A stretch of DNA of 64,000 nt from an uncultured virus (IMG/VR IMGVR_UViG_3300020180_000001) (IMGVR_UViG_3300020180_000001); one strand, 5' to 3'; positions 1-10,741 are shown, counted from the stretch's first letter. The notes: a model not told the origin generated them from the sequence alone. Made by a program: numbers and translations.

Positions 1-1415
1 GGATTTCCTAAGCAGTCCGGAATAACAGGATAGGTCGTATTCGTTTCATAATACCCCATTACACCAGTATCAGTAGCCGTAGAGATCTGTCTCCACCTCT
101 CGCTACCCCCTGAGAATAACCGTCCTAAACTAATAGGCGCAGTATCCCAAGGTGCCGGAGCGCCAACCCCGGCTGTACCTATACGTGGGTTAGAACCGGT
201 AACAGTATTTATGCTTCTGCCAGGAATATGAAAGACAGGAGATGCAGACCCGTCAGTATGTATATACGATATCCCTAAAGCAATTACTTCATCAAAAGGT
301 AAGGATGCTGTTTGATCGTGAATAGGATCCGCAGAATCAAGTATAGTAGTACTATTATTTTGAATCCATTTAATACCTATTTTAGAAGCATGTCTTTGGT
401 AATTAGTATAATCTCTCTCTCGTTCCGAAGATGATACAAACAACCTGTTATTGTGTATAACATGAGAAGTATTTAAATAAGGTCGGTACTTACTACTTAC
501 TATCTCATCAATAGAAGTAGTTGATTCTACCTGATCCTTATTACCTGTAAAAGTATATTCTAAAGGAAGAGATTGTTGTATAGCAATAGGGTAAGTAATC
601 GTTGCTTCTCCTAAAGAACCATTATCAGAAGTGCGTTCTATGAATGCTAATTGAATAGCAGAATAGGTAACACCCAATAGTCCGGTAAATCGTACTTTGA
701 TTGATTTATCTCCAGCCCGGGGTAAGAGAGTAGTTGATCCTCCGTAACTCTCATGAGTAGCAAGGGTTTTGTAGCCGTTACCATTAACTCCCAGTACAAC
801 TGGTTTGGTGGTTAAGGACCATGCAGAATAATTACTGTGCTTATCTTTGTATCTGTATGCTACATAGTAGAGACCGTTCTTAAGTAACGAGGATTCATTT
901 ACGACGCTTAATTCAGGGCACGGAGGATAATCACTGGGGGAATATAAAGTCCTGTCACAGGTTCTTTTTATACCGAGAACAATTTCATTGTAATAAGCAG
1001 GATCATCTATATTTATTACTCGAAGAGGAGTTGATTTAGAAGAGAAGAATACCAGTCTGTCACATCCGGAGAGGGCAAATGAAGTTTGAATGTATTCATC
1101 TGTTTTAAAGTTAAAACAATTATCGGAAACTATCTCAGTCAGAGTGTTTAGGATAGAGTTATGTTTTAGGATTCTATTTTGATTAGTGAAAAGAATAATA
1201 TCATTATCATCTAAAACTTTATGGCCTAAGATTGTCTCATTAGGCAGTAAAATTAATACCCTTTGGTTACCCCGCTCATTACTAATTGCACCATGATCTC
1301 CTATATCAGACTCTACTACTGCATTTAAAGCGTAACGGTATGTATTAGGAGGCTGCATTCTCGGGGTATTATCCGAAGACATTCCTAAATTAAAAAGGCG
1401 ATTAGTAATTGACAT
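1..1415 (-). CDS. crAss-like tail stabilization/muzzle protein (P22 gp10-like), 5' part; runs off the window
   Basis: Manual translation from ATG at 1415: MSITNRLFNLGMSSDNTPRMQPPNTYRYALNAVVES...NERGN; later DEVIALGISYIHTDGSASPVFHIPGR. Motifs and position after the ring-protein gene fit the crAss muzzle protein. Full frame not checked codon by codon. Confidence 0.75.
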   Translation of the reverse strand, partial: MSITNRLFNLGMSSDNTPRMQPPNTYRYALNAVVESDIGDHGAISNERGNQRVLILLPNETILGHKVLDDNDIILFTNQNRILKHNSILNTLTEIVSDNCFNFKTDEYIQTSFALSGCDRLVFFSSKSTPLRVINIDDPAYYNEIVLGIKRTCDRTLYSPSDYPPCPELSVVNESSLLKNGLYYVAYRYKDKHSNYSAWSLTTKPVVLGVNGNGYKTLATHESYGGSTTLLPRAGDKSIKVRFTGLLGVTYSAIQLAFIERTSDNGSLGEATITYPIAIQQSLPLEYTFTGNKDQVESTTSIDEIVSSKYRPYLNTSHVIHNNRLFVSSSERERDYTNYQRHASKIGIKWIQNNSTTILDSADPIHDQTASLPFDEVIALGISYIHTDGSASPVFHIPGRSINTVTGSNPRIGTAGVGAPAPWDTAPISLGRLFSGGSERWRQISTATDTGVMGYYETNTTYPVIPDCLGN

Positions 1416-2106
1416 GAGTGGCTAAATGTAAGTTTGTGAACAGACTATTATAATGAGAGGGGGAAACTAAAGTGTTTTGAATATTCTTTAGATTCTCTAA
1501 TTCATCTATTCCGGGATTATTGAGAGATAATGCTTTTAACTTATAGAGATTGTACATAGACAAAAAGAATTGCACTCTGGATTCAGCACCCTCTTCTTTC
1601 ATGTTATATTTCATTAGCCAGTAATGATATAGAACATAGTATACAAGTGACTGAGTAAGAGGTTCGTAATCCGGTATTAGATTATCTCCTTCTGAATCTT
1701 TAGGATAAGTCTTATAAGCAATAAACAAATAACCGTCCTTAATAGAAGTCCTGACTGTGTATCCTTTATCAATAGTGTAATAGTCTCTGCAAGAGGGGCA
1801 GGTATCCACATTTTGAGAACATACCCCAAAAGGCGTTGCTGCTCGTCTGATAGATTGTAAATTAGCAACATTCTTGTCTACCGAGTAGGCAATAGAATCT
1901 AAATACACTAAATCTTTTGGTAATCTGGTAATATGGGAATCAATCTTCAAACAAGAGATAGCAGATACTAATGTTTGAGTAGTGTTTGCATTCTTTAATC
2001 CTTTTAATAAGAGGTCTTCAAATAGTAAAGAATCAAAGTCCTCGTCTGGTATAACTAAGGATAGATCATAGAGCAGATCTTTTAATTTTCGAGAATTTGT
2101 AATCAT
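1402..2106 (-). CDS. Tail tubular/ring protein (crAss R1/P22 gp4-like)
   Basis: 234 aa with a GYLFIAYK...NLIPD...YY motif; lies between the IHF-like and muzzle genes as in crAss-like gene order. Confidence 0.65.
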   Translation of the reverse strand: MITNSRKLKDLLYDLSLVIPDEDFDSLLFEDLLLKGLKNANTTQTLVSAISCLKIDSHITRLPKDLVYLDSIAYSVDKNVANLQSIRRAATPFGVCSQNVDTCPSCRDYYTIDKGYTVRTSIKDGYLFIAYKTYPKDSEGDNLIPDYEPLTQSLVYYVLYHYWLMKYNMKEEGAESRVQFFLSMYNLYKLKALSLNNPGIDELENLKNIQNTLVSPSHYNSLFTNLHLATHVNY

Positions 2107-2524
2107 CTAAATGGAAATAATTTTCTTGATTTAATTCTGTCTTAATTATAGACGCTAACTCTCGTTTTAAATCACGAGTGGGTCTAAATTTAGTACAGTA
2201 GGATATTAGGCCGCGCCTAAAGAATTTAGTAGGAGGGATTAAAGTAATGACTGATATGTATCCGTCTGTATGAAGGTTGGTAAATTTTTTCTTAATCCCA
2301 GTTTCATTGAAGTACTTAAAATCAATTTTCCCACCTCCATAAGTTTTCTTTTTAAAAACTCCAAGAGTACCCAAAAAAGGTAATTGAAATACCTCTCCTC
2401 GTAGCACCCTCTTAAATAAAAGTTTGAAAAACAAATGAGAGATAGCAACAAATGCGGCATACGGCATTCCTTCTTTTTCAGAGTAATTGTTATAAAAATA
2501 TTTATGATTTAGTGCTACGGGCAT
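2066..2524 (-). CDS. IHF/HU-like DNA-binding protein of the crAss tail module
   Basis: VFQLPFLGTLGVFKKK and KFRPTRDLKRELA resemble the IHF beta-arm and C-terminal helix; basic; syntenic. Confidence 0.65.
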   Translation of the reverse strand: MPVALNHKYFYNNYSEKEGMPYAAFVAISHLFFKLLFKRVLRGEVFQLPFLGTLGVFKKKTYGGGKIDFKYFNETGIKKKFTNLHTDGYISVITLIPPTKFFRRGLISYCTKFRPTRDLKRELASIIKTELNQENYFHLDDYKFSKIKRSAL

Positions 2525-3125
2525 CGTCTACAGAATTGTTGGTTGTATCTTGAGGTGCTTTGTATGATATGAATAATTTCTCTACTACGATATCATACAT
2601 GGAATTTATTAAATCCTGTTCCATAGGAAACTCTATATTAAGAGGGTCGCATATATCTAAAGGACTAAGTCCGCAGGTATTGACTATCTCGTCAAATATA
2701 CCGACTAACACCACAGATTTAAGATCGGGTGCAGCCACAATATTAATACGGTTGTTTAATAGATAATAGGACGGAGCGGACTCTTTTCGGTATCGGTTAC
2801 GAGAGAAACTTGTTTTAGGGATCTCAGTCATAACTTCATCGAATACTCGTAAGGCAACCCCCCTTCTGGAATGAAGAAGGGAGGGTAATGTAGTGGTTGT
2901 TCTCACACATTGAAAAGGACTACAAACAGAGTCTAATACATCTAATTTTAAAGTCTGATACGAGAAGTCTGAGATATTCTTATACTTAGAGTGCCTTTGC
3001 TCCAGTAAAAAAGATCTTGCTACCTTAAGTAGATGTACTACAAAAGGAATAGAGATCTGTGAGTCATCACTAATACGAGGTTGTATTAGTTTTTTGACTG
3101 CGTAAGCATGTTCTTTAGTAGTCAT
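2502..3125 (-). CDS. Putative tail ring protein (crAss-like)
   Basis: 207 aa; SDDS..S near the N-terminus, YYLLNNRINI, C-terminal EFPM...APQDTTNNS pattern seen in crAss ring proteins. Confidence 0.55.
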   Translation of the reverse strand: MTTKEHAYAVKKLIQPRISDDSQISIPFVVHLLKVARSFLLEQRHSKYKNISDFSYQTLKLDVLDSVCSPFQCVRTTTTLPSLLHSRRGVALRVFDEVMTEIPKTSFSRNRYRKESAPSYYLLNNRINIVAAPDLKSVVLVGIFDEIVNTCGLSPLDICDPLNIEFPMEQDLINSMYDIVVEKLFISYKAPQDTTNNSVDDARSTKS

Positions 3126-3502
3126 ATTATATCTATTACAATTTCATCTTTGCTCCTTCTTAGAACTGTGAGCAGGTTCGTCAGGGTACTTTTGGATGAG
3201 AACAAACGGTTATTTTTTATTTTGCCTATTAAAATACAACCGCTTGTATTTGCGGTTATATTCCCTGCGTGGATACGTATACCTATAAAATTAGGAACAT
3301 TCAAGAGCAGAGGTAGTTTACATTTAAATCTGGGGGAGTAACTTACAACTACTTTATAAACGCCTTCGGGGATACAAGTCTCATGTTTAATCTTAACAGG
3401 TCTGCTAATATCTTCCAAAGTATCGCAAAAGTAAAGTCCGTCAACGTATAGTTTTCCGGCGGTGTAAGTATCAAAGTATTCTCTTTTTAATGTTAGTTTC
3501 AT
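3122..3502 (-). CDS. DUF5675 family protein (His/Cys motif, possible peptidoglycan-active enzyme)
   Basis: LKR...T.GKLYVDG.YFCDTLE, TCIPEGVY, IRIHAGN...TSGCILIG. Confidence 0.75.
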   Translation of the reverse strand: MKLTLKREYFDTYTAGKLYVDGLYFCDTLEDISRPVKIKHETCIPEGVYKVVVSYSPRFKCKLPLLLNVPNFIGIRIHAGNITANTSGCILIGKIKNNRLFSSKSTLTNLLTVLRRSKDEIVIDII

Positions 3503-4830
3503 AATATGTCTACGACTAAAGGAACAGGTAATGTATTAGGTAAAGAAGGGATAGTTAAAATTGTTTGTTTGGTACAACCGTTTTGTAAAGTAACATCGTA
3601 GTAATATATACCAGTTTGTTTTGCCTGAACGCAGTTGGATGCGGTTATAACAGTATCATAAGATCTTGTCCACTGCTGATATGCCACAGGACTAAAAGTT
3701 GTATTAATACCACAGAGTTTCCAATAACTACATGAAACAGGTGCTTTAGTGAAACTTAAAGCAGTAGTAGTTTTATTAGGAAGAGATATGAAGTTGAAAT
3801 TTGATAATGTAGTATTAACGTCAGGAGTGATAGTTTGGTAGGGCACTAAAGGCCGTACTACGCCACAGGATATAGTATTTATAAATGGGTAACTATAAAA
3901 CTTGATACTATTTACTACGTGTACTTTAATATCATCTGCCGGCCTGAAAATTATGGATTCTGAACCAGGTATAGAATACAGGTTAACATTTAAGTCAGGA
4001 GTACTAATACCTAATTTTAAATTACCTAAATGATGCGCTTTCTGTACAAACTTTAAATTAGGGGCTACAAAAGAGGCTGTAATATCATGGTGTGACAAAG
4101 TATCTCCGAATACTACACTCGTAATATTATTAAGCAGAGTAGTGAAGGCTGCACTAAAATTAGGAGATGTTATAAGAGCATTAGAAGGATTAACCGTAGT
4201 GCAAAGAGGGCACAGGACAGCATCGTTAGTATAGTAAGGAGAAATGCCTACACGCAGGTCGTAATCAGTATTCGATATAACGGCTCCCGAATCATCTGTT
4301 CTGTACAACCTGATTGCAGATACATGGGAAGTACTATAAGGAAAGGGGTAAGTTGTGTCTGTTACATCAATAGTATGATCGATAGAATACGATCCTTTTA
4401 GACTGTTATTACATACAGTGGCATTACAGCCTCCTTCTACTAAGTAATCATCGGGAGGAGGAATACAGGAATTCGTAAACTTCATGAAAGTGAAGGCATT
4501 AATCTCCTTCCCATTAATGGTGTAAGTAGGATAGTTATCAATTAATTTCATACCTATATTACACTGTATAGGTACTTGGGTGATAACAGTTTTTATCTGT
4601 TTATCACAAGTCAAAGTGTCGTCCGTAGCACAATCAAGGAGAACCAATGTTTTAATTCTGCACTCTTCTTCTTCTGTCAAACAGTTATTAAGATAGGATG
4701 CGTACAAAAACAAAAAAGCCCGAATCTTATTCAGACCGGGCTTTAGTATTGTTTTCTTACAATTAAAATAGTCCAGTATGTCTACTACAATCCTACACTT
4801 GAGATTATTCACATCCGCAAGCGCAATCAT
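3499..4830 (-). CDS. Cys-rich putative virion structural protein
   Basis: Long ORF in the tail module; start probably MIALAD at 4830. Confidence 0.5.
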   Translation of the reverse strand: MIALADVNNLKCRIVVDILDYFNCKKTILKPGLNKIRAFLFLYASYLNNCLTEEEECRIKTLVLLDCATDDTLTCDKQIKTVITQVPIQCNIGMKLIDNYPTYTINGKEINAFTFMKFTNSCIPPPDDYLVEGGCNATVCNNSLKGSYSIDHTIDVTDTTYPFPYSTSHVSAIRLYRTDDSGAVISNTDYDLRVGISPYYTNDAVLCPLCTTVNPSNALITSPNFSAAFTTLLNNITSVVFGDTLSHHDITASFVAPNLKFVQKAHHLGNLKLGISTPDLNVNLYSIPGSESIIFRPADDIKVHVVNSIKFYSYPFINTISCGVVRPLVPYQTITPDVNTTLSNFNFISLPNKTTTALSFTKAPVSCSYWKLCGINTTFSPVAYQQWTRSYDTVITASNCVQAKQTGIYYYDVTLQNGCTKQTILTIPSLPNTLPVPLVVDIL

Positions 4831-5257
4831 GGCAAGTTGTTTTTTGGGTAAATGTATATAAGTCGCATAAATCAGCGCAACTACATACACTACAATTATT
4901 AGATAAGGTTAAAGCAACAAAGGCTAACGATCTCTCGACAGAGTCAGGATCGTCTTCTTTAAATACTAATTTACATTCTTGTGTACAGTTTACAAAAGAA
5001 CATTCAGTTTCTGTTAAGACTACTGAAGTGTTCTTAGTAACTTCTAAGATTAGTCTGTAAACTCCGTCTTTAAATTTGGTGCCCATTCCGAGAAGAGTGG
5101 GAGTGATATTAAAAGAAGTTGCTACTAAAGGTATAGTAAGAATTACTTCATCTTTACATTGATATGCTACTTTAACACGTACTGCTAAGTTAGCAATCGA
5201 AAATTCAAGAGATTGTATAGTAATTACCGGAGTAACACAATTTATAGTAACGGTCAT
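4805..5257 (-). CDS. Small Cys-rich structural (tail hub-like) protein
   Basis: 150 aa; FKDGVY motif, C-terminal CHDCACGC. Confidence 0.45.
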   Translation of the reverse strand: MTVTINCVTPVITIQSLEFSIANLAVRVKVAYQCKDEVILTIPLVATSFNITPTLLGMGTKFKDGVYRLILEVTKNTSVVLTETECSFVNCTQECKLVFKEDDPDSVERSLAFVALTLSNNCSVCSCADLCDLYTFTQKTTCHDCACGCE

Positions 5258-5739
5258 TTTCTTTTAATAAGGAGTTTAAAGATGTTGAAGACATTTGACC
5301 GTAAGAAAGATCTAAATTCACTCGAGACTAAGAGGTCCTTCCATATATCTGCAAGTTGTTTTTTATCAGGCTTGATATTGTCAGACAAAGCGGCTAAACT
5401 TTTAATAACCGGAACTGAGAAAGTTTGTGCTGCCTGTTGCAAGGTTTTATTTTCTATCTTTTCACTAACAACTTTTTCGATAGTAGTAATAGCAGCATTT
5501 ACAATACGGATATCTGACAAAATAGTTTTCCAAAGATCTTGTATAACAGGATCCGTAATCTTAGTTCCTTCTGACAGAAGGGTTTCGGTTTTGGCAATCC
5601 GTACTATGACGGATTCTACTATTGCCTGGATAAGATCATTCTCCAGTGTAGGAAGTACCTGTCCTTGTATTTTATAGCGTACTATTGCTTTAGTAAGATC
5701 AATCTCTACGAGAGAAGTTATTTTATTTTTAGATGACAT
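5254..5739 (-). CDS. Hypothetical helical protein
   Basis: ORF track; likely start MSSKNK at 5739. Confidence 0.5.
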   Translation of the reverse strand: MSSKNKITSLVEIDLTKAIVRYKIQGQVLPTLENDLIQAIVESVIVRIAKTETLLSEGTKITDPVIQDLWKTILSDIRIVNAAITTIEKVVSEKIENKTLQQAAQTFSVPVIKSLAALSDNIKPDKKQLADIWKDLLVSSEFRSFLRSNVFNIFKLLIKRK

Positions 5740-5753
5740 TTTATTATTAAGTT

Positions 5754-8700
5754 TTAAAATATAGTCCACTCATCCGCAGCAGTGGCAATTAATCTTCGTG
5801 CGTAAATTATACTCGCAGTAGTCGCAGCAGAATTACTACTACCGGAACCCCCATCCGTAATAAGTACATCAGCGCCGGAACGGTTAATAGTTACGATCAC
5901 TGCTCTGTTTATTATTAAAAAGAGTTCATAACCAATACTTACCTGATTAGATCCGGGAGCACCACTCACAATTTCAGGGAGGGTTATAGTCGTGGTTGTA
6001 GCCGAAGTAGGTACTCTGACTACGGATACTCTGCCATCAAGTGTCAGAGTTGTAGCAGTACCATTAAATACCTCACGTGCAGTAGAGTTTTCAAATCGTG
6101 TTTCTTTAATTGCAGGTGTGATTGCGATATAAGTTTCAGAACCACCTGCTTCACCTACTTGCATTAGGAATTGATTGGTAACAGTACCCACCGGGTTAAG
6201 AGATGTAAAAGTAACATTATCATTTCCATTAATTGCTAAAGTAAATGCTACACCTACTCCATCCCCGTCTGTACCGTTATTCCGTACTCTGAGAGGTACA
6301 GTTACCACACTACTGGAGTTTTCAGTTACAAGTACTTTTTGTGCGGTAGTAGGCCCGCCTGTGCCGATGGACAGGTACCCGTTATCTGCCACTTCTAAAA
6401 CAGTAGTAGCATTATCCTGAACCAGTAAATCACCTGTACCTGCTAAATCTATAATGATATTATTAGCACCTGTGGATTCAAACTCTAATCCACCTGTTTG
6501 ACCTTCTGAGGCATTAACGTTAATCTTAGAAGGGGTGGGACCAAAAGCATCGTAGGATTGATCTAAATCCCCACCTGATCTAACTGCTACTACCCATTTA
6601 TTACCTGAAATATTAAATACTTCAAATGTTCCCTGACGAACTACTCCGGTAGGGATACTGTAAGAAGCAGTAGCAGCGGTAGCATTTTGTACCCAAAATT
6701 CAGAGCCTGCAGCGGATGTATTTACAGTAGTAGCAGATCCACTTAGTGCAGACATTACCCATTCTATCACGGTACCTTCCGGTATTGTCCCTGGATCAGG
6801 AAGAGTGAAAGTACCTCCTCCCGTCGTAATGTTATAAGTACCTACTCTGTTGGTTAATGCAGCAGTAATATCATAGGAACCTGAAACATAAACTATGTCC
6901 TTAGAAGAAAAACCATTGTAGCGTGTAACACGGTTAACACTGTGCATATCGATTCCTTTGTATGAACCCGATAGTAAATCAAGAACAACGCCTCCACCGA
7001 TAGAACCTCCTTCTATCGTAGAAATTATGCTACCCATAACTTGGGATGATATCCCTCTAAATTGTAGACGTGCTCCCTCCTCGTCAACATCCGCTAAATT
7101 ATTCTCTATAATTAACGGGATACTGATAGCATTGGCATGTTTACTAATAGTCTTAGTTCCGGTACCTAATGCCTGATCTGTAAGGGTAACAGCCCCGGGA
7201 TGGGTCGCAGTAGCAGCATGTAACCGTACTGCATTTGAAGCAATAGAAAGTCCGTCTGCAGTGCCGGATGTTTGGAAGGCTCCTATGGCTAAGTCGTCAC
7301 CTGAACTAACTTCTACTACCCATTTATTACCCGAGATGTTGATTACTTCAAATGTTCCTTTGCGAACTGCGCCCGTAGGAATACTGTAAGAAGGAGTTGC
7401 AGATAAAGAGTTCTGTACCCAAAATTCAGATCCGGAAGCAGCAGTATTGACAGTAGTGGCTGAACCGGTGAGTGCAGTCATTGCCCATGAAATCACTGTA
7501 CCTTGCGGGAGTGTTGTGGGATCAGGAAGAGTCAAAGTACCGCCTCCTGTGTTAATGTTATAAATACCTACCCTGTTTGCTAATGCAGCAGTAACATCAT
7601 AAGAACCACTGACAGTCACCATGTCTTTGCCACGGAAACCATTGTGGTCTGTAATACGAGTACCACTGTGCATATCCAATCCTTTGTACGGACCGGTCGC
7701 TAAAGAGAAAGAAACTCCTCCGGAAATAGAACCTCCTTCTATTACAGCAGATATGGCACCCAGAACGGGGGGTGCTGATCCTTTAAATTCCATCGTTGTT
7801 CCCTCAGTATCAACATTCGCTAAATTATTCATCAGAATTAACGGAGTAGCAAGAGCATTGACGTTGTGACTAAGACTCTTAATTCCGCTACCTAATTCCT
7901 GATCCCCAACAGAAACAATCCCGGGAGTGACCAAAGTAGCCTCGTGTAAGCGTAAATTATTTACAGAAATAGAAGCCCCGTTTGCGTTGCCGGATGATAC
8001 AACGCCTGTTATTGTGGTAACTGCCCCACCACCTGCAACAATACTCGCACGAGAAGCCCATGTGACGGGGCCGTTAGAGCCGTTGGATATAAATACATCA
8101 TTAACGTTCCCGGTGAAATTATTTACGTCACGAATATCGTTCCTAAACTGCACCCTTTGTTGAAACACAGCCCCGCCACCAACTGTGAAAACTTCCTGAG
8201 GACTTGACAAAAAACCAACATTGTAAACGTCGCCTCCAAACACCCAGGTACCATCTGATCTCAACCATCCTCGCTCACCCGAGGAAGATGATGCGTTGTT
8301 GAAGTTGATAGGGTCTCCTACGCCTAACTGTCCGGTGGGTAAAGCAAAAAAGGCAATAGTAAAACCTCCTCTCCCAAACTCTGCCCCGAAAACCGGACCT
8401 GTCGTTAATCTACGTATTACACCCGAAGCGTCAGGTCCCAAACCTTGAAAAAACCCTGGTGCTCCGGAAGACTGGTTAAAACCAAAAAAAGCATTAAGAC
8501 CTAACACAGGAGGGTAATAAATTCTTGGTTGCCCGGAGGTAAACTCCATTGGCCCCCCAAGCGTAAGTGTAGTATTCGGATCGGTAGGGGCTGCCCCACT
8601 TATACGAACATTTCCGGCAGTGTAACTAAGATTTACTCCTGTCCTGGTCCAATAGTTTGCCAAGGGTAAAAAAGTTGCAGGAGCAGTCCACGTACCCCCC

Positions 8701-8834
8701 GTAGTAGCCGTAGAGTAAAGCATGAAATCATTATTAGAGGCCCCAAAGGCACCTATCTGATTAGGGGTAATTTGTACTTCAGTTTGAGAGTAAATGGTGC
8801 TGCTCCATAGTAAAAATAAAAATAGTAATCTCAT
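5754..8834 (-). CDS. Tail fibre/receptor-binding-like protein with N-terminal signal peptide and ~240 aa internal duplication
   Basis: 1026 aa, G/T/S-rich; LRLHEATLVTPGIVS...SGNKWVVEV repeated as VRLHAATATHPGAVT...SGNKWVVAV; TLTLP motifs; N-terminus MRLLFLFLLWSSTIYSQ. Confidence 0.7.
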   Translation of the reverse strand: MRLLFLFLLWSSTIYSQTEVQITPNQIGAFGASNNDFMLYSTATTGGTWTAPATFLPLANYWTRTGVNLSYTAGNVRISGAAPTDPNTTLTLGGPMEFTSGQPRIYYPPVLGLNAFFGFNQSSGAPGFFQGLGPDASGVIRRLTTGPVFGAEFGRGGFTIAFFALPTGQLGVGDPINFNNASSSSGERGWLRSDGTWVFGGDVYNVGFLSSPQEVFTVGGGAVFQQRVQFRNDIRDVNNFTGNVNDVFISNGSNGPVTWASRASIVAGGGAVTTITGVVSSGNANGASISVNNLRLHEATLVTPGIVSVGDQELGSGIKSLSHNVNALATPLILMNNLANVDTEGTTMEFKGSAPPVLGAISAVIEGGSISGGVSFSLATGPYKGLDMHSGTRITDHNGFRGKDMVTVSGSYDVTAALANRVGIYNINTGGGTLTLPDPTTLPQGTVISWAMTALTGSATTVNTAASGSEFWVQNSLSATPSYSIPTGAVRKGTFEVINISGNKWVVEVSSGDDLAIGAFQTSGTADGLSIASNAVRLHAATATHPGAVTLTDQALGTGTKTISKHANAISIPLIIENNLADVDEEGARLQFRGISSQVMGSIISTIEGGSIGGGVVLDLLSGSYKGIDMHSVNRVTRYNGFSSKDIVYVSGSYDITAALTNRVGTYNITTGGGTFTLPDPGTIPEGTVIEWVMSALSGSATTVNTSAAGSEFWVQNATAATASYSIPTGVVRQGTFEVFNISGNKWVVAVRSGGDLDQSYDAFGPTPSKINVNASEGQTGGLEFESTGANNIIIDLAGTGDLLVQDNATTVLEVADNGYLSIGTGGPTTAQKVLVTENSSSVVTVPLRVRNNGTDGDGVGVAFTLAINGNDNVTFTSLNPVGTVTNQFLMQVGEAGGSETYIAITPAIKETRFENSTAREVFNGTATTLTLDGRVSVVRVPTSATTTTITLPEIVSGAPGSNQVSIGYELFLIINRAVIVTINRSGADVLITDGGSGSSNSAATTASIIYARRLIATAADEWTIF

Positions 8835-9310
8835 TGTTGTGGTGTGGTTACGGTTATAATTTCTCCTGCAACCAATGCTCTTGCAAAAGTAAAGACAGAG
8901 CCTGAACGAGTTGCATTACAAGCCCCACAGCCAGCCGCTCCTACTACGTATAATATACCATTTCGAGTTAACCTTATCTTAGAATTTTCAGTCGGTAAAG
9001 TTAATCCGGTAGTAGCGGTAAAGTTCGCAGGAGTAAAAGTAGCGTTTGCAGTTACATTTAAATCCTCTACATTGATAGTACTTCCCGTTACAGAGATAGT
9101 AACAATATTATTAGTAGATACTGATCTGCTCAGTGTTTGAGCCTCTGTATTGACTATGGTACCGGGTACCCACGCACTACCATTCCAGATCAATGCCTGG
9201 TTAGTAGTTGCTGTGGTACCCGCCCTAAATCCACCAGGGCCTATGACTGCTACTTGTGAGTACAAGCCAAAACTAATAAACACAAGTAGGATAGTTAGTG
9301 AATTTTTCAT
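8831..9310 (-). CDS. Fibre-associated protein with signal peptide
   Basis: MKNSLTILLVFISFGLYSQ; QALIWNGSAWVP fibre motif; RNG..Y C-terminal domain. Confidence 0.55.
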   Translation of the reverse strand: MKNSLTILLVFISFGLYSQVAVIGPGGFRAGTTATTNQALIWNGSAWVPGTIVNTEAQTLSRSVSTNNIVTISVTGSTINVEDLNVTANATFTPANFTATTGLTLPTENSKIRLTRNGILYVVGAAGCGACNATRSGSVFTFARALVAGEIITVTTPQQ

Positions 9311-9879
9311 ATTTTTCTTAGTCTGTGTTTAGTTTTGTCAATAGTAAAATACCATTCTTTAATACCACGAGTTAAGAGAACATTAATTTTCGTATTATTG
9401 AGGATAAAGTAATTTCTAATTTCAACAGACGAGTAACTCCACACTACTACGTTACCTGATTGTTTCCCTCTCGTTGTTAAAATGAGTCGTCCTGCTTTAC
9501 CCGAGGCAATATTAAAGGTATCATTTTTCCAAGTGTAAGTACCTAATAAATCAGGAGCATAGTTAATTGCTGCTCTTACATTATAACCCGAGGTATCGTA
9601 TTTGGCATATAATAACCGTGCCTGATTAGCAGATTTTTCAAGTTCTTCTAATTCTGTTCTTTTCAGTGTTAAGGTTTCATACAGCGCAATAGTATGTTTG
9701 AACAAATCACTTACCATACTCAAACTATCTACCGGGGAACTTCGATACGTAGTGGTACCATCGGGGGACTCATTAGTGACTTCCATGGAATATTTCAATA
9801 CACCATCCGTAGTCTCTCGTATAATCTTCTGGGAGTACATAGTGCTACTCCATAACAAAAATAAAAGTATTAATCTCAT
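9307..9879 (-). CDS. Hypothetical protein with signal peptide and coiled coil
   Basis: Start moved to MRLILLFLLWSSTMYSQ (ATG 9879); coiled-coil segment ETLTLKRTELEELEK. Confidence 0.55.
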   Translation of the reverse strand: MRLILLFLLWSSTMYSQKIIRETTDGVLKYSMEVTNESPDGTTTYRSSPVDSLSMVSDLFKHTIALYETLTLKRTELEELEKSANQARLLYAKYDTSGYNVRAAINYAPDLLGTYTWKNDTFNIASGKAGRLILTTRGKQSGNVVVWSYSSVEIRNYFILNNTKINVLLTRGIKEWYFTIDKTKHRLRKI

Positions 9880-9880
9880 A

Positions 9881-10741
9881 TTAGTTAAAGTAAACAACTT
9901 TAATTAAATCATTAACTGCGCAGGCAGCCGTAGTTACCGTAGTAGTTGTGTATGTGAATTGTGTGATATTAGGTCCGGAAGCAACCCAGTCTAAAGATAC
10001 TCCATTCCTATAAACAGCATAAGGTAGTGCAGTACCCGCTGCTGCCGGAGCAGTATAAGCAGTAGTAAAGGACGTTTGAGCAGCAGTTGCTGTGTAACGC
10101 TCTTCTCTACGTACAGGAGAGGGTAGAGTAGAAGGTGCCCAGGAAGACCCATTCCAGGTTAATGCTTGTGCGGTAGTAGCCCCCATCTGATCTATTTTAG
10201 CGGCAGTAACAGCACTATTTAGTATCTTAACAGTAGTTACAGCATTAGTGGCAAGTTCAGTAGCCGTTATGCTTCCCGCAATAATATCAGCGGTTACCTG
10301 TTGACCTGTCAGAGTAAAGTCAAGTCTGGCGTTGTCAGTCACAGTTACTGCTGCATGAGATGCGGTTCTAATAGCATCTAAGTCTGTTGTAGCAGTTACT
10401 GTTAAAAAGTCAGTCTTAACTTTGTCCGCAGCAAGCATAAGACCTGCTAAAGTACCAGTTGCAGCAGGTACTGAAACGTCTGCACCTGAAGAACTTTCTA
10501 ATAGAAACGTAGTAGAAGTCCTACCGGATATAGTTAAATCAGTCACGCTGGTACCCGCAGCAGCCGCTACCCAGTTAGTACCATTAAATTGGAGTATCTG
10601 TCCATTGGTAGCACCTGTGGTACGTAAACGTAATGTCTGTAAAGTATCGGTACGCACACCACCTTGTTTAAGGATATTAGTTTGCGCATGAACAGTAATT
10701 CCTAATAATAGGAAAGAAATAAGGATTAGTAAATTTTTCAT
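9881..10741 (-). CDS. Tail fibre-like protein with signal peptide
   Basis: MKNLLILISFLLLGITVHAQ; GQILQFNGTNW, AGLMLAADKVK and AVTTVKI fibre repeats; YRNGV C-terminal domain. Confidence 0.65.
   Translation of the reverse strand: MKNLLILISFLLLGITVHAQTNILKQGGVRTDTLQTLRLRTTGATNGQILQFNGTNWVAAAAGTSVTDLTISGRTSTTFLLESSSGADVSVPAATGTLAGLMLAADKVKTDFLTVTATTDLDAIRTASHAAVTVTDNARLDFTLTGQQVTADIIAGSITATELATNAVTTVKILNSAVTAAKIDQMGATTAQALTWNGSSWAPSTLPSPVRREERYTATAAQTSFTTAYTAPAAAGTALPYAVYRNGVSLDWVASGPNITQFTYTTTTVTTAACAVNDLIKVVYFN

Noticed and set aside
5754..8834. Diversity-generating retroelement acting on the fibre duplication
   Set aside because: No reverse transcriptase in the window; both copies are in-frame coding and differences are not adenine-specific.
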